Made by a program: the position numbers and the translations under genes. The notes beneath the pieces are model-generated. The model ran no database searches and was not told the DNA's origin. It saw only the letters and a list, made by a program, of their open reading frames with translations. A stretch of DNA of 39,834 nucleotides, taken from the NCBI GenBank assembly GCA_964538235.1, contig CAZIFJ010000004.1, positions 1 through 39,834 of the forward strand, read 5' to 3'. Shown here piece by piece: positions 25,940-35,422 of the stretch (positions within the stretch are counted from its first letter, which is position 1; every line of letters starts with the position of its first letter). The DNA comes from Candidatus Woesearchaeota archaeon. GTDB taxonomy: Archaea > Nanobdellota > Nanobdellia > Pacearchaeales > GW2011-AR1.

Positions 25940-28753
25940 TTAAGTTGGGATAGGAGGTGGAGAACTTAAATCAGAACCTCCTCCAGTTCCTCCACTATTT
26001 GAAGACGAAGAATCAACATAATTTTCTCCAAGAAATTCTACAACACACTGATTATAACTATCACCATCGAATAAATTAGCAAGTCTACACAAAATTCTAA
26101 CAACAAATTTCTTCAATGCACTTCCTTGCTCAATTGCTTTCTGAGTATCAATACATTCTCCATTAGAACATAAATTACTTGCACACTCATAATTATTTTG
26201 GCATTGCGCCCAATTTCCTTCATAATCATTTGTTTTTTGTTGTTTTATATTTCCATCTATATCACAATAAGCATTATATGTATCTACAGTTTTTTGATTT
26301 TGTTTAAATATAATAGTCAAATCAACATAACTTTCTCCTTCAACAGAAGAATCAATTATATTATCCACAAAAATAACAGCAGAAACAATATCCTCATCAT
26401 CGCCCCCCTCAATAGCAATTAATCCCTCAGTTATATCAACAGATTCTCCCTCAATTAGCTCATAAGTATAATTATTTCCATCTCTTCCATGAAGAACTAA
26501 AACCGCAGAAGTATCTGATTCTATATTTAAAGAATACTCTCTCTCACTTCCTTCCCTTAAACTTGCTCCTTCAGTTTCTTCAACTAATTTTATACTCTCT
26601 CCACTTACCGCAGAAATTCTAAATCCATAAGGCACACAAATATTATCAGAATATCTACTTCCAAAAAATCTTGGAACATAACATCCTGAACAAATTCCAG
26701 GTGAACAGGAAATTTGCTCTTCTCTTTTCTGTCCACAACTATTATCTTCGCAAATTTTTGTTTGGTATCCATATTCAGGACAAATTACAGGCTCTAATTT
26801 ACAGCTCCAACTTGGAAAACATTCTTCATCAGTTTCTTCATTAACTGGTTGAGGAACCTTAGAACTACAAATACCAATTGAATTTCCAATTTGCTCCGAA
26901 AGAGGATAATCTATATTAAAATTTTCCCATTCAACATATTTTCTCTGATTATTCCTCAAATCATTTAGGAAATTCTGGGTCCTCTTACTCGCAATTTTCA
27001 TTATTTCTTCATTTGACAAAGATTTTCCAACATTAGTATAAATATTAACAAGAACATTATCATTAAACCAAAAGATTTCTCTTGTTTCATAATTATAATC
27101 ATTATCTAAATTCTGTTCATTTCTCAAAACATCCCAATTGCAAACATAAACTTTATTTTCTTTGTCTTCAAAATCCCAATAACTACGAACATCACAAACA
27201 CTATAAGAAAGTCTATTCTGTAAAATTTTGTTTAAATCAACACTTTTATTTTTATCATCAAAAACAGAAAGCTCATAAGAAATAAAATTATATTGCTCAT
27301 CATAATAAGTATTCCAGCTCGCATAATAAGAAGTATAATTATATGCTTTTCCATCAATCCACCAATCAGATTTATATGTTGAATTCCAATTAAGATTATA
27401 ATCCAAATTCCCATCTGAAAATCCAGAAGGTAGAGCAACCTTACTAATTAATCCAGAGCAAACCTCATTACATTCTCCTTTAATATAATTATTTATTCCA
27501 GAAATAATTATTGCGTTACACTCATTAGAATATGTTTTTCCATCGCTCCCACAAACAGGCTCGTAATTTGCAGTGCAAACATATTGAGAGCAAATCCCAT
27601 TTTTAACAAGCCATCTATCATAAGAATTCGCATTATCATCTCCATCAATATCACCTATTTTATTTCCATTTTTACATTGCTCAACTACACAAGAATCAGC
27701 TCTCTTCCAATTTGTTCCGTCAAAAGTATAATTTCCTGTTCTTTCATTATTTTCTCTGCAATTATATAAATGAATAAATGAATTTAATTCGTCTTCAGAA
27801 ATATTCCAATTTTTATCTAAATCAGAAGAATGTGGATCACAACCACGAGAACCATCTCCAAAAGCATAGCCATCTTCATCATTACTACTACAATAATATC
27901 CATCTTTAGAATTATAAAAAGAAATGATTCTTGATAATTCAGTTAATTCTATTCTTCCATTTTTATTAGAATCTCCAGAATGATAAGAAAAATTTTTACA
28001 AGCTCCATCTGAACAACCATATTGACAAGCATATTGTACATACTCGTCAGAAGATTGAATACATATTGCCTCTAAAATCTCATCCGTAAGTTTTCCATTT
28101 TCATCTTTTACGCAGTCATCATCTTTTTCACCACCATTAGATAATTTGGTGCTTCCTTTAACATAATAATCAATACCTCCGTCGCTGTCAGTACAAGTCG
28201 CAACGCTTTTAGCACTAAACTCTGCACTATCAACTTTTATTTCGGTCAAACTACCATATGTCCGTTTAGCACTATGCTCTGTAATTCTAACATATCTTCC
28301 AGTTGTTTCAGAAAACGGAAAGAGAAGACTGCTATCACCAACAGAAGAAGATTGATTTACAAGAACTTCCTCCCAGTTATTCCCATCTTTAGAAATAGCA
28401 ACGCTAAATTTTAAAGGAACATCAGACTTAAAGAAATTCAGCTCAACTCCCTTTAAGCATTTTTCACTTCCTAAATCAGCAGTTAAATATTTAGGAAAAG
28501 GAGTATTTAATTTACCAAACCAGTAAGTATCCTTTCTACCGTCAATTGCTTTCAAAGCAGTATATGATTGACTATACTCTTCACTCGCACTAGCGTTTAT
28601 AGGAGAAACAAGAGAATAACTCCCACAACTCCCTCCAGATACAACATTTCCTGTAACTTTTCCAAATTTAAAAAAATCAAAAAATCCACCTGAAGCAAAA
28701 CTAAAAGCAAATAGAAATATTATTCCGAAAACAAAAAACCTCTTTAAAACCAT
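25940..28753 (-). CDS. Secreted Cys-rich mosaic protein: discoidin (F5/8), CTDSDGG module, EF-hand/dockerin-like repeats, Kazal domain
   Basis: KAIDGRKDTYW..ADLG..GRYVRI; CTDSDGGIDYYVKG; HSGDSNKNGRIELTEL and HSSDLDKNWNISEDEL; CTANYEPVCGSDGKTYSNEC. Start moved to MVLKRF. Confidence 0.85.
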   Translation of the reverse strand: MVLKRFFVFGIIFLFAFSFASGGFFDFFKFGKVTGNVVSGGSCGSYSLVSPINASASEEYSQSYTALKAIDGRKDTYWFGKLNTPFPKYLTADLGSEKCLKGVELNFFKSDVPLKFSVAISKDGNNWEEVLVNQSSSVGDSSLLFPFSETTGRYVRITEHSAKRTYGSLTEIKVDSAEFSAKSVATCTDSDGGIDYYVKGSTKLSNGGEKDDDCVKDENGKLTDEILEAICIQSSDEYVQYACQYGCSDGACKNFSYHSGDSNKNGRIELTELSRIISFYNSKDGYYCSSNDEDGYAFGDGSRGCDPHSSDLDKNWNISEDELNSFIHLYNCRENNERTGNYTFDGTNWKRADSCVVEQCKNGNKIGDIDGDDNANSYDRWLVKNGICSQYVCTANYEPVCGSDGKTYSNECNAIIISGINNYIKGECNEVCSGLISKVALPSGFSDGNLDYNLNWNSTYKSDWWIDGKAYNYTSYYASWNTYYDEQYNFISYELSVFDDKNKSVDLNKILQNRLSYSVCDVRSYWDFEDKENKVYVCNWDVLRNEQNLDNDYNYETREIFWFNDNVLVNIYTNVGKSLSNEEIMKIASKRTQNFLNDLRNNQRKYVEWENFNIDYPLSEQIGNSIGICSSKVPQPVNEETDEECFPSWSCKLEPVICPEYGYQTKICEDNSCGQKREEQISCSPGICSGCYVPRFFGSRYSDNICVPYGFRISAVSGESIKLVEETEGASLREGSEREYSLNIESDTSAVLVLHGRDGNNYTYELIEGESVDITEGLIAIEGGDDEDIVSAVIFVDNIIDSSVEGESYVDLTIIFKQNQKTVDTYNAYCDIDGNIKQQKTNDYEGNWAQCQNNYECASNLCSNGECIDTQKAIEQGSALKKFVVRILCRLANLFDGDSYNQCVVEFLGENYVDSSSSNSGGTGGGSDLSSPPPIPT

Positions 28754-28804
28754 GTTAAAGAGAGAGAGAGACAATATTTAAATATTTCCTAAACATAAAG
28801 TTAT

Positions 28805-29137
28805 ATGCATCAAATAAAAAGAGTAGGAATATTCTCAGCTGCAAAATTTTTTTCAATATTTTTTGCCATCGGCGGAATAATATTTGGAATACTAACAGCA
28901 CTATCAGGAAATTTAGTAATAGAATTTATTACTAATTTTTTTATAACAACAAAAATCCCAATAAATAATCCTCTTGAAGGATTAAAAGGAATTATGTGGA
29001 TAAGTACATTCACAATAATTCCAATAATCTCAGCAATAATCGGATTTATTATCGGAATATTCACAGCAACAATATATAACACAATAGCAAAAATAAACGG
29101 CTTAAGAATAGATCTTGTTTTAGAAAATAAAATTTAA
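28805..29137 (+). CDS. Two-TM membrane protein (DUF3566-like)
   Basis: IKRVGIFSAAK start, hydrophobic helices and A.IYN.IAK..GLRIDL end. Confidence 0.7.
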   Translation: MHQIKRVGIFSAAKFFSIFFAIGGIIFGILTALSGNLVIEFITNFFITTKIPINNPLEGLKGIMWISTFTIIPIISAIIGFIIGIFTATIYNTIAKINGLRIDLVLENKI

Positions 29138-29172
29138 AAAATAAATAGTCATCAAATAAATTTAAAAAAACT

Positions 29173-29877
29173 CTACAACCATCCCCTCTTCCTAACTCCC
29201 TCATTCACAATTTGAAAAACCAATTCTTTTTCAGGAAGACTTCTATGTTTCCTCAAATAAGCACTCCTCCTACCTTTATCATTAACAAGCTCAATTAAAC
29301 ACTTTCCCCAATATTTCATAATATCTCCTCCGACTAATTTATCATTATCTTCCCATCTATAAACTTGTGCAGTAGCAAGAACAGAAATATATTTTTTCCG
29401 CGCAATTTCCGCAAGAGTTTTTATCTGTCTTGCAAGGTCAGAATTAATTTTCCTTACTTCCTTTCCACTATCTCCATTCCTCTCATCTTTATCTCTCGCC
29501 TCAGCAAAATCCAGTCTATATAGAATTGTCATTCCATCAACAACAATCAAACTAATCTCATCTTTCAAATGTTTTAACAACTGCCCAAATGCTTCTCTCT
29601 GCTCATCAAAATTAGTCGGCTTCAAAAGAAAAATATTTTTCAAAACTTTCTCAAATTCCTCTCCAGAAAGTTGCTTAACTCTGTCAACACTAAAACCTCC
29701 CTCAGTATCAATATATATAACTTTATTTCCTTTTTTCGCTTGAGAAACAGAAGCCAACAAACAAAAATTCGTCTTCCCTGTCCCAGGTCCTCCGTAAAGA
29801 ACAGTTACAATATCAGTTTCATAACCTCCATAAAGCCAGCTATTCAAATCATAACTCCCCGCAGAAATTCTTACCAT
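29173..29877 (-). CDS. radB: DNA repair and recombination protein RadB
   Basis: Walker A GGPGTGKT, YIDTEGGFS, IVVDG and the RadB-specific KHRS motif. Confidence 0.93.
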   Translation of the reverse strand: MVRISAGSYDLNSWLYGGYETDIVTVLYGGPGTGKTNFCLLASVSQAKKGNKVIYIDTEGGFSVDRVKQLSGEEFEKVLKNIFLLKPTNFDEQREAFGQLLKHLKDEISLIVVDGMTILYRLDFAEARDKDERNGDSGKEVRKINSDLARQIKTLAEIARKKYISVLATAQVYRWEDNDKLVGGDIMKYWGKCLIELVNDKGRRSAYLRKHRSLPEKELVFQIVNEGVRKRGWL

Positions 29878-29980
29878 AAAATAAAAAAGAGAAAGATTAT
29901 ATAAACATAATTACTCCAAAAGTTTTTAATTTCTACACTAATAAATATAAAAAAAATTCATTCAACATCTTTAATACTTC

Positions 29981-30073
29981 TTACTTCAATTTTATCTTAG
30001 CTAATCTATTCAAAATTTCCTTTGCATCTTTTTCTGCTTCAGCACTAAACCAAACCTGATAATATTCAACCAT
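29981..30073 (-). pseudogene. 30-aa fragment resembling the N-terminus of a CutA1-like protein
   Basis: MVEYYQVWFSAEAEKDAKEILNRLAKIKLK*: strand-then-helix pattern recalled from CutA1 N-termini; unverified. Confidence 0.3.
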
Positions 30074-30151
30074 AAATTCTATTAATCTCCAAATTCACAT
30101 AACTCCCATAAAAAAAGTAAAAAATAAATTTTTAATTTTTTTGTATATTTT

Positions 30152-30340
30152 TTACTTTTTCTTCTTTTTTAAAGGTATTCCAACATCAGTACTGCACATC
30201 CCACAATTTTTGCACGTCCAAGCATGTAACAATAACAATACTGCAGAAATAATTATTACCCAAAAGCCCAAATCAGATTCCAAGAAACTAAATACTAATA
30301 TAACAACAGCAAGAATAGTCTCTGTCCATTTACAATTCAT
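30152..30340 (-). CDS. Small two-TM protein with a CxxCxxC cluster and basic tail
   Basis: SD-like GGAGGTG just upstream of ATG 30340; two hydrophobic helices, then HAWTCKNCGMC. Confidence 0.75.
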   Translation of the reverse strand: MNCKWTETILAVVILVFSFLESDLGFWVIIISAVLLLLHAWTCKNCGMCSTDVGIPLKKKKK

Positions 30341-30409
30341 TTTAGACACCTCCTTTCCATTATTAACATATCAAAAAAAGAATATTTGTATTAATAAACT
30401 TAACTCTTA

Positions 30410-30667
30410 CTACTTCTTTTTAAGAACATTTAACAAAACAGCACTTTCTTTTTCAATTTTTTCTACAGCATCTCCAACAGCTTTCTTTACACTTTTTCCA
30501 GAAGATTTTATTCTAAAAATAATCGGCTTTGAAGGATGCTCCCTTCTCCAAGCAGCAAATTCAATTCCCTCTTCATTCAAATAAACTCTCAAGATTTCAG
30601 CAACAGTAACATTATCAAGCTTAACTTCAACTTCATTTTTTGCAAGCTCATTAACTTCAATTTTCAT
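30410..30667 (-). CDS. rpoL: DNA-directed RNA polymerase subunit Rpo11 (L)
   Basis: TVAEILRVYL..IEFAAWRREHP..FRIKS pattern, 85 aa; TTTATAAA 29 nt upstream. Confidence 0.85.
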   Translation of the reverse strand: MKIEVNELAKNEVEVKLDNVTVAEILRVYLNEEGIEFAAWRREHPSKPIIFRIKSSGKSVKKAVGDAVEKIEKESAVLLNVLKKK

Positions 30668-30700
30668 AAAAGAATTCACAAAACACAATTTATAAAACTT

Positions 30701-30814
30701 TCTCTAATCAATAATTTCTATGTCTGAAACAGAATACCTCTACGAAGATTAGAAAATTTCTATATCTGAAAATTCGTGAGAATTGAAGACCTGAGATTTT
30801 GTCAAAAAATCTCA
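30701..30814. repeat. Intergenic repeat/hairpin composite
   Basis: 17-bp direct repeat AATTTCTAT(G/A)TCTGAAA at 30713 and 30755; CTAATC..GATTAG arms; TGAGATTTT..AAAATCTCA hairpin around the upstream gene's stop codon. Confidence 0.5.
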
Positions 30815-31416
30815 ATGTCATCATCTAAAGAAAAAGCATTTTCATTCCTATTTTTGATAAATGAAGAACCTTCGTTGCTTTTTCTCTTAGAATAATCATC
30901 ATCTTTGTCAATTACTTTTTCTCTTATAGGAATCTTGTAAGTATGTGAAGGATTGGAAGCAATTTCAGAGCTAAAATCTTTATCATCTCTTCTCAAATTA
31001 ATTCCTAAAGCGCTTTGAATTTTATTTATCAAAACATAATCTCTGAAAGGATAAGTTCCATTTTCAATTAATTTAATCTCATTTTCAGAAACGCCGACAG
31101 AATTTCCAAGTTGTTTTCGAGTCATATTCTTAGCCTTTCTCTCCCTAGCAACAATCCAATGATAATTATCAACTAAATCCTGCACAACTTGTTTTTTTCT
31201 CCAATCCAAAGGTCTCCTAAAATCATCAAATCCTAATCTTCCCTCAGTTAATTGCTTCATTTTATTTTTTTCAATTTCTGATTGAGAAACAGTTTTAACA
31301 ACTTGTGGCTCAGACTTTTTCAAAATTAACATTCCTTCTCTCAAGGCGAAAGATTGTGGAACCTTTACAATTTTCCCTTCATGTATCGCATCAACCAAAA
31401 CCTCACTCAAATCCAT
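30802..31416 (-). CDS. MBF1-like XRE/HTH_3 protein
   Basis: LVDNYHWIVARERKAKNMTRKQLGNSVGVSENEIKLIENG..KIQSALGINL. Start moved to MDLSE. Confidence 0.75.
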   Translation of the reverse strand: MDLSEVLVDAIHEGKIVKVPQSFALREGMLILKKSEPQVVKTVSQSEIEKNKMKQLTEGRLGFDDFRRPLDWRKKQVVQDLVDNYHWIVARERKAKNMTRKQLGNSVGVSENEIKLIENGTYPFRDYVLINKIQSALGINLRRDDKDFSSEIASNPSHTYKIPIREKVIDKDDDYSKRKSNEGSSFIKNRNENAFSLDDDIEIF

Positions 31417-31551
31417 AAATATAATGCTCAAATTGTATTTAAATCATTTATTGCTCTCTAAAACAATCTTTTGAAACTCATCAAATGTTACAATATCATC
31501 AACAATTTTAATTAAAAGAACATTTTAAAACAAACTAATCTTAAATAAAGA

Positions 31552-32126
31552 GTGAAAAAAACACTAATTCAATTCATAAAATTTGCAACTATTGGGACTA
31601 TTGGTACAATAATCCATTTTATAATTCTCTTTACTTTAACAGAATTCCTTGAAATCAACAACCCAACCGCAGCAAGCTGCGGGGTATGACTAACTGAAAT
31701 CCGACAAACGTAACTGACCCTTTGCACCTCCTTGCTCCTCGACGTATTTTTTTATTTTTTCAACCGCTATAATTGCTTAAAAAAAATTCTTTAGGTTATT
31801 GCTTTGCCCAGCCGCAGCAAGCTGCGGGGTAAAACTATTTAATTTATTATATAATTTCTTCTGCAATAGCCTTCCTAGTAGCAATGACAAACAATTTCAT
31901 ACTTAATAAAATATGGACTTTTAACGAAAGTCTAAAAGAAAAAGCACATTCAAAATACGCAAAATTTTTTATTATTAGCTCAACAGCTATGGCGATAAAC
32001 TTATCATTACTATATATAATAACAGAATTCTTTGGTGTTTATTATCTAATCTCTCAAATAATTGCTATTTTTTTCTCTCTATGGCTAAATTTCTTCGGAA
32101 ATAAATTCTGGACTTTTAGGAACTAG
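31552..32126 (+). pseudogene. GtrA-family membrane protein interrupted by a 188-bp insertion
   Basis: GTG start MKKTLIQFIKFATIGTIG..LTEFLEI | YYIISSAIAFLVAMTNNFILNKIWTF. Removing the insert gives 128 aa with two GtrA half-repeats (cf. TEFFGVYYLIS..NKFWTF). Confidence 0.9.
31657..31844 (-). mobile_element. Internally deleted IS200/IS605-type element (tnpA remnant)
   Basis: Two direct copies of the hairpin CCGCAGC-AA-GCTGCGGGGTA (31667 and 31812). Between them the minus strand encodes AVEKIKKYVEEQGGAKGQLRLSDFS* (31767-31690), the TnpA Y..Q helix. Boundaries can slide a few nt. Confidence 0.85.
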
Positions 32127-33531
32127 CATTTTTAAAAACAAATAGATTATATTTTCCACAAGTATATATCTCCTTGAAATTATTAGTTTGTTTATTTAAA
32201 TTAAACCAATCTCCATCGACATAAAAATAATAAATTTCTTTGTCAAGATAATCTTTTTTTAAAATTTTCTCAAGATTATTATAATTATTAACCCTGATAT
32301 TTGGTTTTAAGGTATAATAATAAACAGGAGAAAAATATTCTGTAATTACAGCAGAAGAATTAGATTTCTTTATAAAATCCATAACAGAAAAGAAACACTT
32401 TTTATCTTCTGAATTAATATTTTCATAAGAGTCAAAATAAAAATTAGATACTTTAAACAATAAAATAGACAAAAGTATAAAATATAAAATATAAAAAAGT
32501 AATTTAGATTTCTTAGAAATATAATAAAAAGCTAAAGAAGATATTACTAAAATAGATGGTGCAATTAATAAGAGATATCTGTCTTCTTTTGCAGGAGTTA
32601 AAGATGCACAAATAAAAATAATAAAAAACCATAAAGGGAAGAAATATTTTTTCGAAGGTTCTATTTTCAACTTAAATGATACGAAAAATCCAATAATTAA
32701 AAATGGTAGAAAATAAACATAATCTCTTATTAACGTTTTAAAATAAAATAAAATAGGCTTAAAACCCCAAATTACAGAAGATATAGAAGAAGAAAGTAAA
32801 AAACCAAAAACAGAACCATAACTAAAATAATTAAAAATAAACCAAGGTAAAACAACCAAAAAAGATAAAGAAATGCTATATAAAAAATTTCTCTCAAATA
32901 AAAAAGAAAAATTCTTATTTCTAATCAATAAAATAACAAAAAATAAAGGAAATATCCAAGGAGAATTATATCTAGAAAGAAAAGATAAACCAATAAATAA
33001 TCCAAATAATAAAGCACAATTTCTCTTAAATCTGAAATCACCTTCCAAAATAAACGCATTAAAGAAAAAATAAGAAGCGATAATCAAATATGATGTAGCA
33101 ATAGAATCATTCAATATTTTTGAGCCCCAAAAGAAAAAGGATGGTGTAATAAAAAATAGAATACTAGAAATTAAAGCCACCCTCTGATTAAACAATTTTT
33201 CACATAATAAAAAAAGAAATATTATTCCAAAAGAAGAAATTAAAGGTGTAATAAAATTAAGCCAAAAATCATTTAAGGAAAAAAGAGAAAGAAAAAAGAT
33301 AATAAATGGAAGCATTGGAGGTCTAATACCTGCATTTGGAAGACCTAAAGCAAAATCTGAAAAGCCGTTTGAAAAAGAATAATCTCCATAAAGAACTAAA
33401 TTTCTACCAAGATTGACATAAATTGTTTCATCCCAATATTTATATTGATTTAAAATAGACAAAGAACTCATTAATAAAAAAGAAATACAAGATAAAACAA
33501 TAACAAATAAAAAACTTTTTCTAAGCATCAA
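32116..33531 (-). CDS. GT-C fold glycosyltransferase (PMT_2/ArnT-like)
   Basis: YWDETIY, RPPMLP, LSFLSRY, LPWFIFN and KEDRYLL with ~11 TM helices. Confidence 0.88.
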   Translation of the reverse strand: MMLRKSFLFVIVLSCISFLLMSSLSILNQYKYWDETIYVNLGRNLVLYGDYSFSNGFSDFALGLPNAGIRPPMLPFIIFFLSLFSLNDFWLNFITPLISSFGIIFLFLLCEKLFNQRVALISSILFFITPSFFFWGSKILNDSIATSYLIIASYFFFNAFILEGDFRFKRNCALLFGLFIGLSFLSRYNSPWIFPLFFVILLIRNKNFSFLFERNFLYSISLSFLVVLPWFIFNYFSYGSVFGFLLSSSISSVIWGFKPILFYFKTLIRDYVYFLPFLIIGFFVSFKLKIEPSKKYFFPLWFFIIFICASLTPAKEDRYLLLIAPSILVISSLAFYYISKKSKLLFYILYFILLSILLFKVSNFYFDSYENINSEDKKCFFSVMDFIKKSNSSAVITEYFSPVYYYTLKPNIRVNNYNNLEKILKKDYLDKEIYYFYVDGDWFNLNKQTNNFKEIYTCGKYNLFVFKNASS

Positions 33532-33532
33532 T

Positions 33533-34195
33533 CTACCTCAAATATTTCTCTAATTCCTCAACACTATTAAGTTCCGTAATAATTTTATCTTGATTAATAA
33601 TAACATAAGGCCTATCTTCAGCTAAATTATATCTTATCCTCAAATAATCTAAAGATTTTATCTCGCTATCATAAGCAATTGGAATCAAAATAACTTTATC
33701 TCCATATTTCTTTTTCAAATCTAAAAGAACTTTTGACATCGCCGCCTGTTTTGCATGCGTATCAACAGAAGGCTCTTTATACTGATATAAATAAACAGCA
33801 ACATTAAAATCTCTTCTACACTTTTCTTGTTTATCAATTAAGCTATTCCAAAGAAAAGTTCTTAATAAGTCATATTTTCTATGCAACCTAAAAGCTTCAT
33901 CACTTATTTTATTTGCAGAATCATATTTCTCAAGTTCTCTCGCCTCATAATAAATCTTATCCGCAAGAAGAATCCCACTTTCAACTACTAAATCACAACT
34001 AAAATTTCCTTTTTCCAAAACCTGTTGTTGCAGCATAATATCAAACAAATTTGTTTCAGAGCTATAATAAAATTGCCTAAATTTATCAACTCTTCCTTCT
34101 TCAAACCAAACTCCTAATATAATCCCTCCAAAAAAAATTACTAAAGTTACAACAAGCGCCTGCCAAAAAACATGTTTATTATTAATCATTTCCAT
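33533..34195 (-). CDS. Membrane-anchored conserved hypothetical protein with a thioredoxin-like C-terminal region
   Basis: N-terminal TM (HVFWQALVVTLVIF), coiled region, then VYLY..VILIPIAYD..PYVIIN. Confidence 0.75.
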   Translation of the reverse strand: MEMINNKHVFWQALVVTLVIFFGGIILGVWFEEGRVDKFRQFYYSSETNLFDIMLQQQVLEKGNFSCDLVVESGILLADKIYYEARELEKYDSANKISDEAFRLHRKYDLLRTFLWNSLIDKQEKCRRDFNVAVYLYQYKEPSVDTHAKQAAMSKVLLDLKKKYGDKVILIPIAYDSEIKSLDYLRIRYNLAEDRPYVIINQDKIITELNSVEELEKYLR

Positions 34196-35421
34196 TTAGT
34201 ATCTCCCTTAATAAATCTATATATAGATGCAAACCATACAATAGGATACAAAGTAAGATACACTAAAATATAAAAAATCAGATTAAAAAACCTTTTTGTT
34301 GTCAAATTTTTTTCAAAACTCGTTTTTCTCAAAACATAAAGAGAATAACTAACAGAAAGTGTAAATAAAACAATAAAATAAAATATTATAACAGAAGGAT
34401 GAAGATTTATATCTTGCAAAGTAAAAACAGCCGAATCAGTGGCTAAAGAGTAATTAACAGTAAGAAATTTAATAATAAAAAATTTAGCCAAAAGATAAAA
34501 TGAAAATAAAAAAGTCAAAATACTAAGTATAATACTAAAAGAAACATACGGCAAAACAAAAGCCCCAAACATTCCTTTTCTAAAAAAAATTCTTTTATAT
34601 TTTGCAATAGCTTGTAATCCTCCCAGCCCCCACCGGGTTCTTTGTTTAAACCATGACTTAAATTTTGAAGGGGCTATTGTACTTACCCTAGCATCTAGAC
34701 ACATACCAGTTTTATATCCTCTACTCAACATATTCCAAGTTATATCAATATCCTCAGTAATAGAATCCTTATCAAACCCACCAGCTTCTAAAAGATATTT
34801 TTTTCTGTATAAACTTAAAGGCCCATTAGTAACATAAACAGAATCAACATAATCAAGAAGCTTTCTACTCCAACCCATTATTAAATATTCTAAAGATTGT
34901 ATCTTCGCAAAAAAATTATCTTTAAAATTTCTAACAGAAACGAAAGAAGTAACAGCGGCCATTTTTTCATCATTAAAATAACCAGTTAATTTTCTTAAGG
35001 AATCTGGCTCAGGAAAACTATCAGCATCAACAACTGCAATTAATTCACCCTTTGATTCTTCAATTCCTCTATTAATTGATAAAGCTTTACCGGAATTTTT
35101 TTTATTAATTAATTTTAAATTTTGATAATTTGGCAGCATTCTTTCAACAATATTTTTTGTTCTATCTGTACTTCCATCATTTACAACAATAATTTCTATT
35201 TTATCTTTAGGATAATTAGAAGCATAAACATGCTTAATAGTATCCTCAACACTTTTTTCTTCATTCCAAACAGGAGTAATTACACTAATAAAATAATCTT
35301 TTTTTGGTTTTGGATAACTAAAAAGAGTCTCTTTATTCCGAGTTAATAAAATTATAAAAAAAGAAAAAAAATAAAATGCAATAAAAATAAATGAAAGATA
35401 AACAATTGTAATAAACTCCAT
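34186..35421 (-). CDS. GT2 processive glycosyltransferase (CESA/PgaC-like)
   Basis: VITPVWNEE, VVNDGSTD, GKALS, VVDADS, ITED and KQRTRW (QxxRW); N- and C-terminal TM helices. Confidence 0.92.
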   Translation of the reverse strand: MEFITIVYLSFIFIAFYFFSFFIILLTRNKETLFSYPKPKKDYFISVITPVWNEEKSVEDTIKHVYASNYPKDKIEIIVVNDGSTDRTKNIVERMLPNYQNLKLINKKNSGKALSINRGIEESKGELIAVVDADSFPEPDSLRKLTGYFNDEKMAAVTSFVSVRNFKDNFFAKIQSLEYLIMGWSRKLLDYVDSVYVTNGPLSLYRKKYLLEAGGFDKDSITEDIDITWNMLSRGYKTGMCLDARVSTIAPSKFKSWFKQRTRWGLGGLQAIAKYKRIFFRKGMFGAFVLPYVSFSIILSILTFLFSFYLLAKFFIIKFLTVNYSLATDSAVFTLQDINLHPSVIIFYFIVLFTLSVSYSLYVLRKTSFEKNLTTKRFFNLIFYILVYLTLYPIVWFASIYRFIKGDTKWK

Positions 35422-35422
35422 C

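Noticed and set aside
28759-28770. (AG)n microsatellite as a phase-variation tract
   Set aside because: It is short and lies upstream of the likely start codon (28753); there is no evidence of variation.
29460-29500. Short extra loop in RadB (DKDERNGDSGKE) as another hairpin insert
   Set aside because: The DNA is not palindromic and does not match any of the modules.
30141-30584. 147-aa plus-strand ORF
   Set aside because: It is antisense to rpoL and to the small membrane-protein gene, both of which have better support.
31667-31831. Two 20-bp palindromic repeats as a mini-CRISPR
   Set aside because: They are ~125 nt apart and enclose a tnpA fragment, which fits IS200/IS605 ends.
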